From contig JBGCDR010000455.1 of NCBI GenBank assembly GCA_045105515.1, forward strand, positions 1-18,947: a stretch of DNA of 18,947 bases. Direction: 5' to 3'. Position 1 is the stretch's first letter. Every line of letters starts with the position of its first letter. Origin of the DNA: Oligoflexales bacterium. GTDB lineage: Bacteria; Bdellovibrionota_B; Oligoflexia; Oligoflexales; Bog-1112. The position numbers and the translations under genes are program-made. This document shows, piece after piece, positions 1 through 7,826 of this stretch. The notes under the pieces were generated by a model. It ran no database searches. It saw only the letters and a list, made by a program, of their open reading frames with translations, and was not told the DNA's origin.

Positions 1-35
1 TCTTTAATTTGTTTGATCATAGCCTGACTTTTCAT
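1..35 (-). CDS. 5' fragment of probable IS21-family transposase (IstA-like), truncated by window edge
   Basis: ATG at 35 on the minus strand gives MKSQAMIKQIK(D/E). AGGAG SD is at 52-48. It lies directly inside the repeat-bearing end. Only 11 codons are visible, so the product is inferred from position. Confidence 0.6.
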   Translation of the reverse strand, partial: MKSQAMIKQIK

Positions 36-67
36 GTTGGACTGCTGCTCCTATGTTAGGCAGCAGT

Positions 68-95
68 ACATTACTGGGATGACAGGGTGGGTCAA
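68..95 (-). promoter_or_regulatory. Candidate sigma70-type transposase promoter
   Basis: Minus strand TTGACC (95-90), 16 nt, TAATGT (73-68). The -35 lies within the innermost terminal repeat. Confidence 0.4.
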
Positions 96-173
96 TTAAG
101 TCATGACTCCCTGGGTCAGGTCATACGCGACTGGGTGGGTCAATTTTGTGCGACTGAGTGGGTCAGTTTAAAG
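79..173. repeat. Four imperfect 23-24 bp direct repeats (probable transposase-binding sites)
   Basis: ATGACAGGGTGGGTCAATTAAGTC (79-102), ATGACTCCCTGGGTCAGGTCATAC (103-126), GCGACTGGGTGGGTCAATTTTGT (127-149), GCGACTGAGTGGGTCAGTTTAAAG (150-173). The invariant TGGGTCA core is at 88, 112, 136 and 159. Confidence 0.9.
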
Positions 174-184
174 GTGATCGAGCA

Positions 185-512
185 CCCGGGGGACTCTGGT
201 GAGATTAAGGGGTTCTTGAGTATCTTCATCAAAAGTATAAATACTTATTGCAATGCTTATTGTTTCATCTTCTAGAATGGCTCTTTCAATGCTTTTTTCT
301 AGTTCTAAGCTAGTCTCTTGCTGCTTATCTAATACGGTGGTATTCGATACCACTTGGAAATCAAATATGGCTTTTTCAGTTGTCAGGGATTCTACTTGCT
401 TGTGTTCAAGGGCTTGTTTGTTTGCTTTAGCAGTATGCATTTTTACTTGCTCTCCGCAGCTGATGCAGAAAACGGTTCCTATTAATGAGATTATGCTTGT
501 TTTAGGATTCAA
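185..512 (-). pseudogene. Lipoprotein gene 5' portion interrupted by the IS
   Basis: TTG start with AGGAG SD. The signal peptide ends in a lipobox-like ISC-G. The frame is open to the IS junction (CCC CGG G|TG CTC GAT CAC CTT TAA), so the last residues VLDHL and the stop derive from the IS terminus (ORF track 168..512). Confidence 0.7.
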
Positions 513-686
513 GGTAGTTCTCCTAGTTCTTGAATTTTATCTGTAATTTAGCTCAGTTTTGTTTTCTCGCGTGCCTCAGCATCGGATTTTTTGGGGCGTT
601 ATTAAACAAAAGTTGGGGATTTGTGCAAATTATTTTTATTTATTATGTAACTATATGAAAAAGTTGGATGAAACTATAAAGATATG

Positions 687-752
687 TGGCATGTTCGTAA
701 GAGAAGCCCTGACCCTCACTTCGTTCGAGGGTATGACTTTCTTCGAACACCA
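687..752. repeat. Long imperfect intergenic hairpin, REP-like
   Basis: Nested arms TGG/CCA, TGTTCG/CGAACA, AAGA/TCTT, AAG/CTT and ACCCTC/GAGGGT around the loop ACTTCGTTC. Confidence 0.45.
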
Positions 753-857
753 TGAGATTCATTCGGTTCGGGGGCATAATAGTGACATAGATTTTTGTTT
801 GTATAGATCTGTTTTATAATCGGCGCTGTGTAATGATGAAGCTACAAAGGAAGTAAG

Positions 858-1277
858 ATGAAATTTCTCCATACTATGGTCCGGGTTAAGGATATCAAAG
901 CAGCCCTGTTCTTTTTTTGTGAAGGGCTAGGACTAAAAGAAATTAGGAGGCATGATTATCCTGGAGGGAAATTTTCTCTGATATTTCTCGCTACCGCGGA
1001 AGGAGAGCCAGAAATAGAACTTACTCATAATTGGGATTCTGAAGAAGACTATAGTGTCGGACGTAATTTCGGTCATGTGGCATTTGCTGTGGATGATATT
1101 TATGCAAGCTGCGATCATTTAGAAAACTTAGGAATACAAGTCTTAAGGCCACCACGAGATGGTCGTATGGCATTTGTCAGAAGCCAAGATAATATTTCAG
1201 TAGAACTTCTGCAAAAAGGTGATGCTCTTGAGCCGAAAGAGCCGTGGAAATCAAGAGAGAGTGTTGGTGAGTGGTAA
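858..1277 (+). CDS. gloA: Lactoylglutathione lyase (glyoxalase I, VOC family)
   Basis: MKFLHTMVRVKD, IELTHNW, GRNFGHVAFAVDDIY and PPRDGRMAFVRS..ISVELLQ motifs; AAGGA SD. Confidence 0.9.
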   Translation: MKFLHTMVRVKDIKAALFFFCEGLGLKEIRRHDYPGGKFSLIFLATAEGEPEIELTHNWDSEEDYSVGRNFGHVAFAVDDIYASCDHLENLGIQVLRPPRDGRMAFVRSQDNISVELLQKGDALEPKEPWKSRESVGEW

Positions 1278-1301
1278 ATATAAGGGGTTTAAGTTCAAGG
1301 C

Positions 1302-2432
1302 TTAGCTTTCTTCTCGTGGCTGAGAATTGGCACGGTATGCTTCTAAAGCGGTAAAAGGCTGCTTAATTTCTGGGTAGAACTTTTGGCTTAGTTGATCTGA
1401 ACCTTGCTGTGGCCTTGCTTTGCTGATGTCAGGCTTGGTATTTATTTTTTTGTTTTCAGGCGTTGCGGCTTCAGTTCTAAGTGGCTGACTGCTTTGATTT
1501 TGTAATATAGATTTGTTCTTGTTTTTCATATTGGGCTGCACTTTTTCGGGTTTTACTGTGTTCTGAGCACGGACTCCCTGTTCACCGATTTCAGCAATGT
1601 CGCTGTAGGCGACCTTACCGAGGTTTGTGTGAAATGCAGACCCCTGGTCTTTGAGGTCAATACCAGTGATTTTTACTCTGGTGGTCACTGGGATGTCAAT
1701 TTCAGTTTCACCTTTGCCTTTTCCTGATAAAGAGAAGGTGTAGATTCCATCTGGGACCTTTTCACCATCTTTGTTGCGTCCGTCCCACTCGATTTTATGA
1801 TCGCCGGCGTCTTTGGCTCCTAGTTCTTTGGTAGCCATAATATTCCCCATAGAATCTCTTACTGTCATGGTAGTGCGGTTAGTCGGGATATCGGTTTTGA
1901 AGCTTGCATTAGAAAGTGAGCCTTCATCCAATCTAATTTTACCATTGTTAATTGCTACTTCCTTACCGATATAATTTACATACTGGATGCTATGACCTTC
2001 TTCAGTCTTGCTCCCCAAATTTTCTAGTGCAGTGTTGATGTTCATCATCTGTTCTAAGCTGTTAAACTGAGCAAGCTGGGATGCCATTTCCGTCCCATCT
2101 TTAGGGTTTAATGGATCTTGGTTTTGCAACTGGGTGATAAATAAGTTAAGAAAGTCATTTTTATCAAGGGTGTTTTTCGGTAGATCTTTTTGCTTTGTTT
2201 GTTGGTTCAAAGATTCCAAGAAGTCTTCATAGCTTTTTGCCCCCGATAGGTCTCCATTAGCTTCGGCCTGTCTTTTTTGTTTTACATCCCGATTGGATCT
2301 CATCAAAAGCTCTTTGAAATCTACTGGATTAACATCAGTTTTTTTTGTTAAGTGTTTTACCTTAGCTTGGTTGTAGTCCTTATTTGGCCTCGCTACTGGT
2401 GGAGCTATCTTATTCTTTAAAGATGCGCGCAT
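1302..2432 (-). CDS. flgD: Flagellar hook capping protein FlgD
   Basis: LDKNDFLNLFITQLQNQDPLNP...MASQLAQFNSLEQM N-terminal motif and Ig-like WDGRNKDGEKVPDGIYTF; directly downstream of fliK. Confidence 0.93.
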   Translation of the reverse strand: MRASLKNKIAPPVARPNKDYNQAKVKHLTKKTDVNPVDFKELLMRSNRDVKQKRQAEANGDLSGAKSYEDFLESLNQQTKQKDLPKNTLDKNDFLNLFITQLQNQDPLNPKDGTEMASQLAQFNSLEQMMNINTALENLGSKTEEGHSIQYVNYIGKEVAINNGKIRLDEGSLSNASFKTDIPTNRTTMTVRDSMGNIMATKELGAKDAGDHKIEWDGRNKDGEKVPDGIYTFSLSGKGKGETEIDIPVTTRVKITGIDLKDQGSAFHTNLGKVAYSDIAEIGEQGVRAQNTVKPEKVQPNMKNKNKSILQNQSSQPLRTEAATPENKKINTKPDISKARPQQGSDQLSQKFYPEIKQPFTALEAYRANSQPREES

Positions 2433-2455
2433 ATAATTGGGTCCTTATAAATTCC

Positions 2456-4828
2456 TTAGGCTGCTACCTGGATATGTTTACTTAATAGGTTATGACTCAT
2501 ATTAGGAAAGTTTTCAGTGGTCTTATTAATATTTAAGATGTCTCCCTGGCCTCGTTGATTAGCTTTTGATGACTCTCCATGTTCTGGAGAGCCTGAAAAT
2601 TGATTTTGTCTTTGTTGTTCAAGAAATTGAAAATTGTTGTTTTGATGATTCGAATCGTGCCCATACTCATTGTTACTTACATCGACCTGCACAAGGTTGA
2701 GGTTTTGCCCTGAGAGAGTGTCTTTTAGATTATTGATATCTTGGCCTAGGAGGTTACGGATTTGATCTGATTGGCTATTCATTTTTAATTGCACCTCATT
2801 GCCTTCTACTTGCACTGCAAGAGAAAGTTCACCGAAGTTTTTGTCAGAAATTACAATGTTAGCTCTTCCTCCTCCCTGCCGGTTAAGATTCAGGGATTGT
2901 TCGGCAATCTTATCGAGCATTTCTTGTCTTGCTTCAAATGTTAACTCAGGGCTCAAATCAAATGCACTCTCTTGCACAATGGAAGGAGAATTTTGTGTAT
3001 TTGGTTTCGGCAAATCTATCTCAGGTGCTTCAAGATTCTGTAAATTTATTTTTGATTTAGCTTGTATTGGCTCTTCTTGCTTCAAGGGTTCTATTTGAGT
3101 AGATAGATCAAATCTATTTGGTCTTATTTCTTTGATAGCATTGTGTTTTGCTAATTTTATTTTAGTGTTCGTTTGTTGCTTGGGTCGGTGTAAAGCATTT
3201 GTTCCGGCAATAGTTAGCTCAGGATTCTTTTCTAAATCCAATTGAAGCATTTCTTCATCGCTAGAATTAGCTTCAGCATTCGGACTGCTTGTAAATGGAT
3301 TTTTTAGCTGTCTTTGAATGGTTTCAAATGAGTCCTTCGGCATTGACTGTTTATAACCCACAGCGACCTTTCCTAGGTCGAGACCAAGGTCCGATCCATA
3401 TTCTTGTTCTTTTTGTATATTGCTCGTTTGTTGTTGTAATACTATGTGTGGTTCCAGCTGATCTACCTTACCTAAAGTTTCAAATGTGTTTAATTTAGGA
3501 TCTGTTTGTAGGGGTTTATTGATAATATTTTTACCCTTAAAGAGATGGCTTAGATCATTGCTTACCGAATTTTTAGGTAAACCAATGGGACTTTTTTTAC
3601 TTTTGTCAGAGTTCAAATTTTTTATGATATCGGCAATATTTGGCTTAGTGGAACTTTGAGCACCAGCAATTGTTGATGGGTTAAAATCAGGTTTGGGGCT
3701 TGCTTGCTTTCTACTTTGCCCTGCTTCTAAAAAGCCATTTTGAATAGGGATTTGCTTGACAGTTTGAGCTTCAGATTGATTTTTCCCTGTTCTTAAATAC
3801 TGCTGGTTTAAGAGAGAAGGAGCCTGCTGCTGCAGTGCGCTATGCCTCTGAGTGCCTATTTGCTGATGCTCTAGTGGGTGCAAACTTTGCATTGGAGTGT
3901 GCTTGGCTTGCAAGCTTTGTAGTTGTTTTTTCTCTAGTCTAGTAAAAGGATTTACTTCACCTCCTGGTGATTTCTGAATCGATTTTTGTGGTTCTGTCGG
4001 AGCTTGCCATAAATGTTCTAATTCAGGGGTTTGGCTTAGCTTCTTGATAGGGTAAAGAGGTATCTGCTTTGGATTTGGAACAGAGTCAAAGCTTGATTCA
4101 GTACTCTTTATACCCTTTCGGCTTGTAGTTTGCTGCTTGTGTGTTGCATTTGGGTGCTGGTTTAGATAGCTTCCTAAACCATTTTTAGACAGCTGTATTT
4201 TTAGACGATCTATTTCTGCAATGACTTTGTGTGGGTCAATTCCTAAGGATTGGAAGAAATGTTTTGGGGACACCACCTCGTTTGGATCTAAGCCATGTTT
4301 TTCAGCTTCCGCCATAAAAGGTTCGCTTAAGCCTAGCATGTCAACTAGGTCACCGAGCTTAAACTGAGAATGCATTAGAACTTTTAAGTCGCTACCGATC
4401 GCTTGTGCTAGGAAGCTATTTTCTTGGCTAAGCAATTGAGGAAGTTGATTTCCAACCTGTGAGTTGCTCTTTCCTTCAAGAAAACTTAGTGCTGGGAAGC
4501 GTTGAAGTCCACCCTCTTGTTTTGCCAGTCGATGTCCCCAAGACCTAAGTGCCCTGCTTGGCTTTCTAATTGTGGGTTTTTGGTTCAATTGTTGAGGTTT
4601 GGTCTCAATTTTTTCACGAATACGATTGTTGTTAGTTTGTTGTTGAGAGGAGTTTACTAATCGATCATCGGCCTTACGAGCATGGTCTTTTCTCGGATTA
4701 TTAGGAGCGGAGCGCAGCATTGTACCAAAGTCTTTACCTTTGTTCTTAGGCCTGTTTACGGGCCTACGATCTTTCGGTAGAGGCTGGTTGAAAAAATCTG
4801 CTGTACCTATTTGGTTTGTTGGCTTCAT
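2456..4828 (-). CDS. fliK: Flagellar hook-length control protein FliK
   Basis: Long Q/K/P/N-rich low-complexity region. C-terminal FliK_C-like segment (ANIVISDKNFGELSLAVQVEGNEVQLKM...IRNLLGQDINNLKDTLSGQNLNLVQVDV) followed by a Q/N-rich tail. Lies upstream of flgD. Confidence 0.85.
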   Translation of the reverse strand: MKPTNQIGTADFFNQPLPKDRRPVNRPKNKGKDFGTMLRSAPNNPRKDHARKADDRLVNSSQQQTNNNRIREKIETKPQQLNQKPTIRKPSRALRSWGHRLAKQEGGLQRFPALSFLEGKSNSQVGNQLPQLLSQENSFLAQAIGSDLKVLMHSQFKLGDLVDMLGLSEPFMAEAEKHGLDPNEVVSPKHFFQSLGIDPHKVIAEIDRLKIQLSKNGLGSYLNQHPNATHKQQTTSRKGIKSTESSFDSVPNPKQIPLYPIKKLSQTPELEHLWQAPTEPQKSIQKSPGGEVNPFTRLEKKQLQSLQAKHTPMQSLHPLEHQQIGTQRHSALQQQAPSLLNQQYLRTGKNQSEAQTVKQIPIQNGFLEAGQSRKQASPKPDFNPSTIAGAQSSTKPNIADIIKNLNSDKSKKSPIGLPKNSVSNDLSHLFKGKNIINKPLQTDPKLNTFETLGKVDQLEPHIVLQQQTSNIQKEQEYGSDLGLDLGKVAVGYKQSMPKDSFETIQRQLKNPFTSSPNAEANSSDEEMLQLDLEKNPELTIAGTNALHRPKQQTNTKIKLAKHNAIKEIRPNRFDLSTQIEPLKQEEPIQAKSKINLQNLEAPEIDLPKPNTQNSPSIVQESAFDLSPELTFEARQEMLDKIAEQSLNLNRQGGGRANIVISDKNFGELSLAVQVEGNEVQLKMNSQSDQIRNLLGQDINNLKDTLSGQNLNLVQVDVSNNEYGHDSNHQNNNFQFLEQQRQNQFSGSPEHGESSKANQRGQGDILNINKTTENFPNMSHNLLSKHIQVAA

Positions 4829-4866
4829 AAGTTCCTATAAAGTTTCTTTTATGGCCCCTTCTTAAA

Positions 4867-4882
4867 AGCAGGAATCGTGCCA
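4867..4882 (-). promoter_or_regulatory. Sigma54 (RpoN) -24/-12 promoter for fliK-flgD
   Basis: Minus strand TGGCACGATTCCTGCT versus consensus TGGCACG-N4-TTGC(A/T): one mismatch, correct GG-N10-GC spacing, 38 bp upstream of the fliK ATG. Confidence 0.8.
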
Positions 4883-4963
4883 TTTATATGTAGCTAGAAA
4901 TGTAAGGAAAAATAAAATACGAGGAGGTCAAATGCGGCAGCTTTTTCTGGCTCTGGGAACTTT

Positions 4964-5770
4964 CTACCTCTCAAGTTGCTTGATGAAGCTGACGATAGAC
5001 TGTGCCAACTCATCTGGTTTCTCGGTGATGATTTCATGACCTGTACCAGCAATTGGCTTTAACTCAGCTTGGGGTAGCAAGTCAAAAAGCGCATGGGAAT
5101 TTGCCGGTGGAACGAAACGGTCTTTTTGACCGTAAACAATGAGGGTGGGTTTAGTCAGTTGGCTAAGCCCAATACCTTTGCGAAATTTACCTGCAATAAG
5201 TAGTTGCTTTATGGTGCTGAGGTAACGCACCCCTTCGGCTTCATCGATCGACCTCCACTTCTCAACAAATTCCTGCTTTTGTGGTCTGCTCGTTTCCGGA
5301 CAGCTACACATATGCACCATGATTGGATGAAGAAAACGTGGCACGACTGCGGCGATAGCCATTGCGCCAATCGCCTGAGGGTAGACTCTGAGGGTATTTA
5401 GCCCGGAGGTACTGGTATTTGCAACAACGAGGGATTCAGTAAGATGTGGATATTTCAGACCAAAAGTTAGTGCGACCATTCCCCCAAGGGACATGCCAAA
5501 CAGGTGGGCTTTATCGATACCCAGGTGGTTTAGCACTAACCTTACTTCTTCAGCTAAGTCTTGGGTTGAATCTTTCCAGCTTATATTGCTATGAGATCGG
5601 CCTATTCCTCGGCAATCGAGCGTGATGACGGTAAAATTTTCCGCCAAACGCTTGTCGAAGCCTTCCCAATGTCGTGATGATCGGGACAAGCCATGCAGCA
5701 TTAGAAGAGGAGGTCCTGAGCCCATTACCTTGTAATAGACCTTTCCTTGAGTGCTATCAATATAAGGCAT
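4964..5770 (-). CDS. Alpha/beta fold hydrolase
   Basis: LLMLHGL oxyanion region, DCRGIGRS, nucleophile elbow GMSLGG, acid in GQKDRFVP and catalytic His in TGHE. Confidence 0.9.
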   Translation of the reverse strand: MPYIDSTQGKVYYKVMGSGPPLLMLHGLSRSSRHWEGFDKRLAENFTVITLDCRGIGRSHSNISWKDSTQDLAEEVRLVLNHLGIDKAHLFGMSLGGMVALTFGLKYPHLTESLVVANTSTSGLNTLRVYPQAIGAMAIAAVVPRFLHPIMVHMCSCPETSRPQKQEFVEKWRSIDEAEGVRYLSTIKQLLIAGKFRKGIGLSQLTKPTLIVYGQKDRFVPPANSHALFDLLPQAELKPIAGTGHEIITEKPDELAQSIVSFIKQLER

Positions 5771-5895
5771 AGCTCTAACCTTCGAGAAATAGGCTATTCA
5801 TACCAAGGGTAGCATATTTTTTCTGAAAAATGGTATGTTTTTGCCAAATTATCTGTTAAGAACACCTACTCTACGGGCACGAAGAGTCTTTGGGC

Positions 5896-5924
5896 TTGAC
5901 AGACTCAGGATGCTAGGACAGAAT
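5896..5924 (+). promoter_or_regulatory. Sigma70-type promoter of the rplU-rpmA operon
   Basis: TTGACA (5896-5901), 17 nt, CAGAAT (5919-5924); about 60 bp upstream of rplU, which has an AAGGAG SD. Confidence 0.6.
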
Positions 5925-5986
5925 GTCATGCCCTCAGAACAAAGCGTTCGCAGATTCTGTGGTCGTACCTAAAGGAGCTAGATAAA

Positions 5987-6298
5987 ATGCACGCAGTAAT
6001 TAAAGCTGGAGCTCATCAGTATCGCGTAAAAGAAGGGGATAGCCTTCGTATTGATAAAGTAGATGGCGCTGCAGGTGATACTATTCAATTTGACAAAGTA
6101 CTTATGGTTTCAGGCGGAGACAAAGCCAATGTGGGCGCTCCGTATCTTGAGTCAGCATCAGTAGAAGCAGTTATTACTGAGCAGACAAGAGATCCTAAAA
6201 TCATTGTATTTAAGTTTAAACGTCGTAAGAATTACAAAAAGAAGCGTGGTCACAAGCAGCCAATAACTGTTGTTGAGATCAAAAAAATTAACGCTTAA
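5987..6298 (+). CDS. rplU: 50S ribosomal protein L21
   Basis: MHAVIKAGAHQYRVKEGD...KIIVFKFKRRKNYKKKRGHKQPIT; 103 aa. Confidence 0.98.
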   Translation: MHAVIKAGAHQYRVKEGDSLRIDKVDGAAGDTIQFDKVLMVSGGDKANVGAPYLESASVEAVITEQTRDPKIIVFKFKRRKNYKKKRGHKQPITVVEIKKINA

Positions 6299-6321
6299 TA
6301 ATTGAAAGCACGAGGCTTTAA

Positions 6322-6579
6322 ATGGCACATAAGAAAGCTGGCGGTAGTACTAAAAACGGTCGCGACTCGAATGCTCAACGCCGTGGGGTAAAGGTCTTTG
6401 GTGGGACTAAGGTTCACCCTGGTTGCATCATTGTAAGGCAGGTTGGCAGCACATTTCACGCCGGTGAAAATGTAGGAACTGGAAAAGACTATACTCTCTA
6501 CGCAAAGGTTGAGGGTCAGGTTGTATTCGAACGCTTTGGCAAGAATCGCCAAAGAGTACGCATAGCTCCAGCATCCTAA
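6322..6579 (+). CDS. rpmA: 50S ribosomal protein L27
   Basis: [24 protein letters not shown]...[18 protein letters not shown]. Confidence 0.98.
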   Translation: MAHKKAGGSTKNGRDSNAQRRGVKVFGGTKVHPGCIIVRQVGSTFHAGENVGTGKDYTLYAKVEGQVVFERFGKNRQRVRIAPAS

Positions 6580-6611
6580 GTTTTACCTAAAAGAAAATAT
6601 GCTACTAAAGT

Positions 6612-6666
6612 ACAAGCCAGGCCACCTCCTTAAATGAGGAGGTTGTGGGTTTGTGGTTTTGTTTTT
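6612..6666 (+). terminator. Hairpin with T-rich tail after rpmA (possible partial terminator or processing site)
   Basis: ACAAGCC..ACCTCCT-TAAATG-AGGAGGT..GGTTTGT followed by GGTTTTGTTTTT. Confidence 0.45.
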
Positions 6667-6731
6667 ATCCCACCTTATGCCCGTCTTTCTTGGTGAACGA
6701 GTTCATAAAAACTGATAGCGGGTTTTAGATT

Positions 6732-7826
6732 ATGAAGTTTATCGATCAAACAGAGATACATGTAACGGCCGGTAATGGTGGGGATGGCATATCGAGTTTT
6801 CGTTCGGCCAGAAATAAGCCAAAGCTCGGACCTGATGGTGGCAATGGTGGTAACGGTGGCAATATCTTACTGATAGCGGAGCCGTCATTAAATACCCTAA
6901 GTAGCCTACGCTACAGACAGGTGTACCGGGGCGAGCATGGTGGTAAAGGCCAAGCAAATAATAAAACTGGTCGGTGTGGGCGTCATAAGACCATAAGAGT
7001 CCCAAGGGGTACGGTGGTTTATGATCGCGATAGCGGCGAAGTATTAGGTGAATTAATAGAGCCAGGACAGCAACTACTAGTTGCTCAGGGCGGTAAGCGC
7101 GGTTATGGAAATCTTAACTACGTGTCTGCAACTAATCGGGCTCCGTATTTTTTTACTCACGGGCAAAAAGGTGCTCATAAGACCTTGCGTTTGGAACTCA
7201 AGCTCCTCGCAGATGTGGGGCTTGCTGGATTTCCTAATGCTGGAAAGTCGACTTTGTTGAGCCGCCTTAGTGCTGCAAAACCAAAGATTGCAGATTATCC
7301 ATTTACAACCTTAGTTCCTAATCTAGGTGTTGTGGAGCTCGGAGAACACAGTGAGGATTCCTTTGTTATTGCGGATGTTCCTGGTTTGATCGAAGGTGCT
7401 AGTTCTGGGAAAGGGCTAGGTCTGGAGTTCTTGAGACATCTTGAACGAACTAAGGTGATTGCTTTTGTTGTTGATACTTTTGACATGCTTGAGCCTTCAC
7501 CGCTAGCGAGTTTAGAAAAGCTTAAGGAAGAACTGAAATCTTATAGTCCGAAGATGCTAGAAAAAGAAGCTGTGATCGTGTTGAATAAATTGGATTTATC
7601 AGATGCTTTTCCACAGGAAGAAGTAGACCGACGTCTCAGCGAAATAGAACAAGCAGGCTATCCGATATTGCAGATTTCTGCTGTAAGCGGAGCAGGCCTT
7701 GGAGCCTTAAAAAGGGCTTTGTTTGAATATATTTGTAATTCAGAGCCAGATGCTAAAGACATGATTTACTCTGCATGCGATAATCAAGAATTCAGCAGTG
7801 AACGTGAGTCCTATGCCACTACCTAA
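6732..7826 (+). CDS. obgE: Obg/CgtA GTPase
   Basis: MKFID start, Gly-rich GPDGGNGGNGG domain, LELKLLADVGLAGFPNAGKST, YPFTTL, DVPG, NKLD and ISA motifs; conserved position after rplU-rpmA. Confidence 0.97.
   Translation: MKFIDQTEIHVTAGNGGDGISSFRSARNKPKLGPDGGNGGNGGNILLIAEPSLNTLSSLRYRQVYRGEHGGKGQANNKTGRCGRHKTIRVPRGTVVYDRDSGEVLGELIEPGQQLLVAQGGKRGYGNLNYVSATNRAPYFFTHGQKGAHKTLRLELKLLADVGLAGFPNAGKSTLLSRLSAAKPKIADYPFTTLVPNLGVVELGEHSEDSFVIADVPGLIEGASSGKGLGLEFLRHLERTKVIAFVVDTFDMLEPSPLASLEKLKEELKSYSPKMLEKEAVIVLNKLDLSDAFPQEEVDRRLSEIEQAGYPILQISAVSGAGLGALKRALFEYICNSEPDAKDMIYSACDNQEFSSERESYATT

Larger units (their letters stand above)
1..184 (-). mobile_element. Left end of an IS21-family-like insertion sequence (continues beyond the window start)
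   Basis: The minus strand from 184 reads 5'-TGCTCGATCACCTTTAAACTGACCCACTCAGTCGC: a terminal TG followed by the AAACTGACCCAC-type motif typical of IS21-family ends. Four subterminal repeats follow, then an SD and an ATG reading out of the window. The flanking ORF (512->185) stops 17 bp inside the element. Family assignment rests on end architecture only. Confidence 0.8.

Noticed and set aside
79..173. CRISPR array, iteron or Tn7-like end interpretation of the repeats
   Set aside because: The units are contiguous 23-24 bp with no spacers and no cas or rep gene nearby. The terminus is TGC rather than Tn7-type TGT. An IS21-type end fits better.
87..819. Small ORFs 87..275, 253..546 and 559..819 on the plus strand
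   Set aside because: They run through IS repeats, lie antisense to the lipoprotein, or cross AT-rich intergenic DNA, and show no recognisable motifs.
1328..1341. TGGCACGGTATGCT sigma54-like site inside the flgD 3' end
   Set aside because: GG-to-GC spacing is 2 bp too short, and it points antisense within a CDS.
5924..5946. TGTCATGCCCTCAGAACAAAGCG resembling the reverse complement of the 715-737 element
   Set aside because: It lacks the second stem arm and overlaps the predicted rplU transcription start; likely chance. I could not support an L21 leader RNA either.
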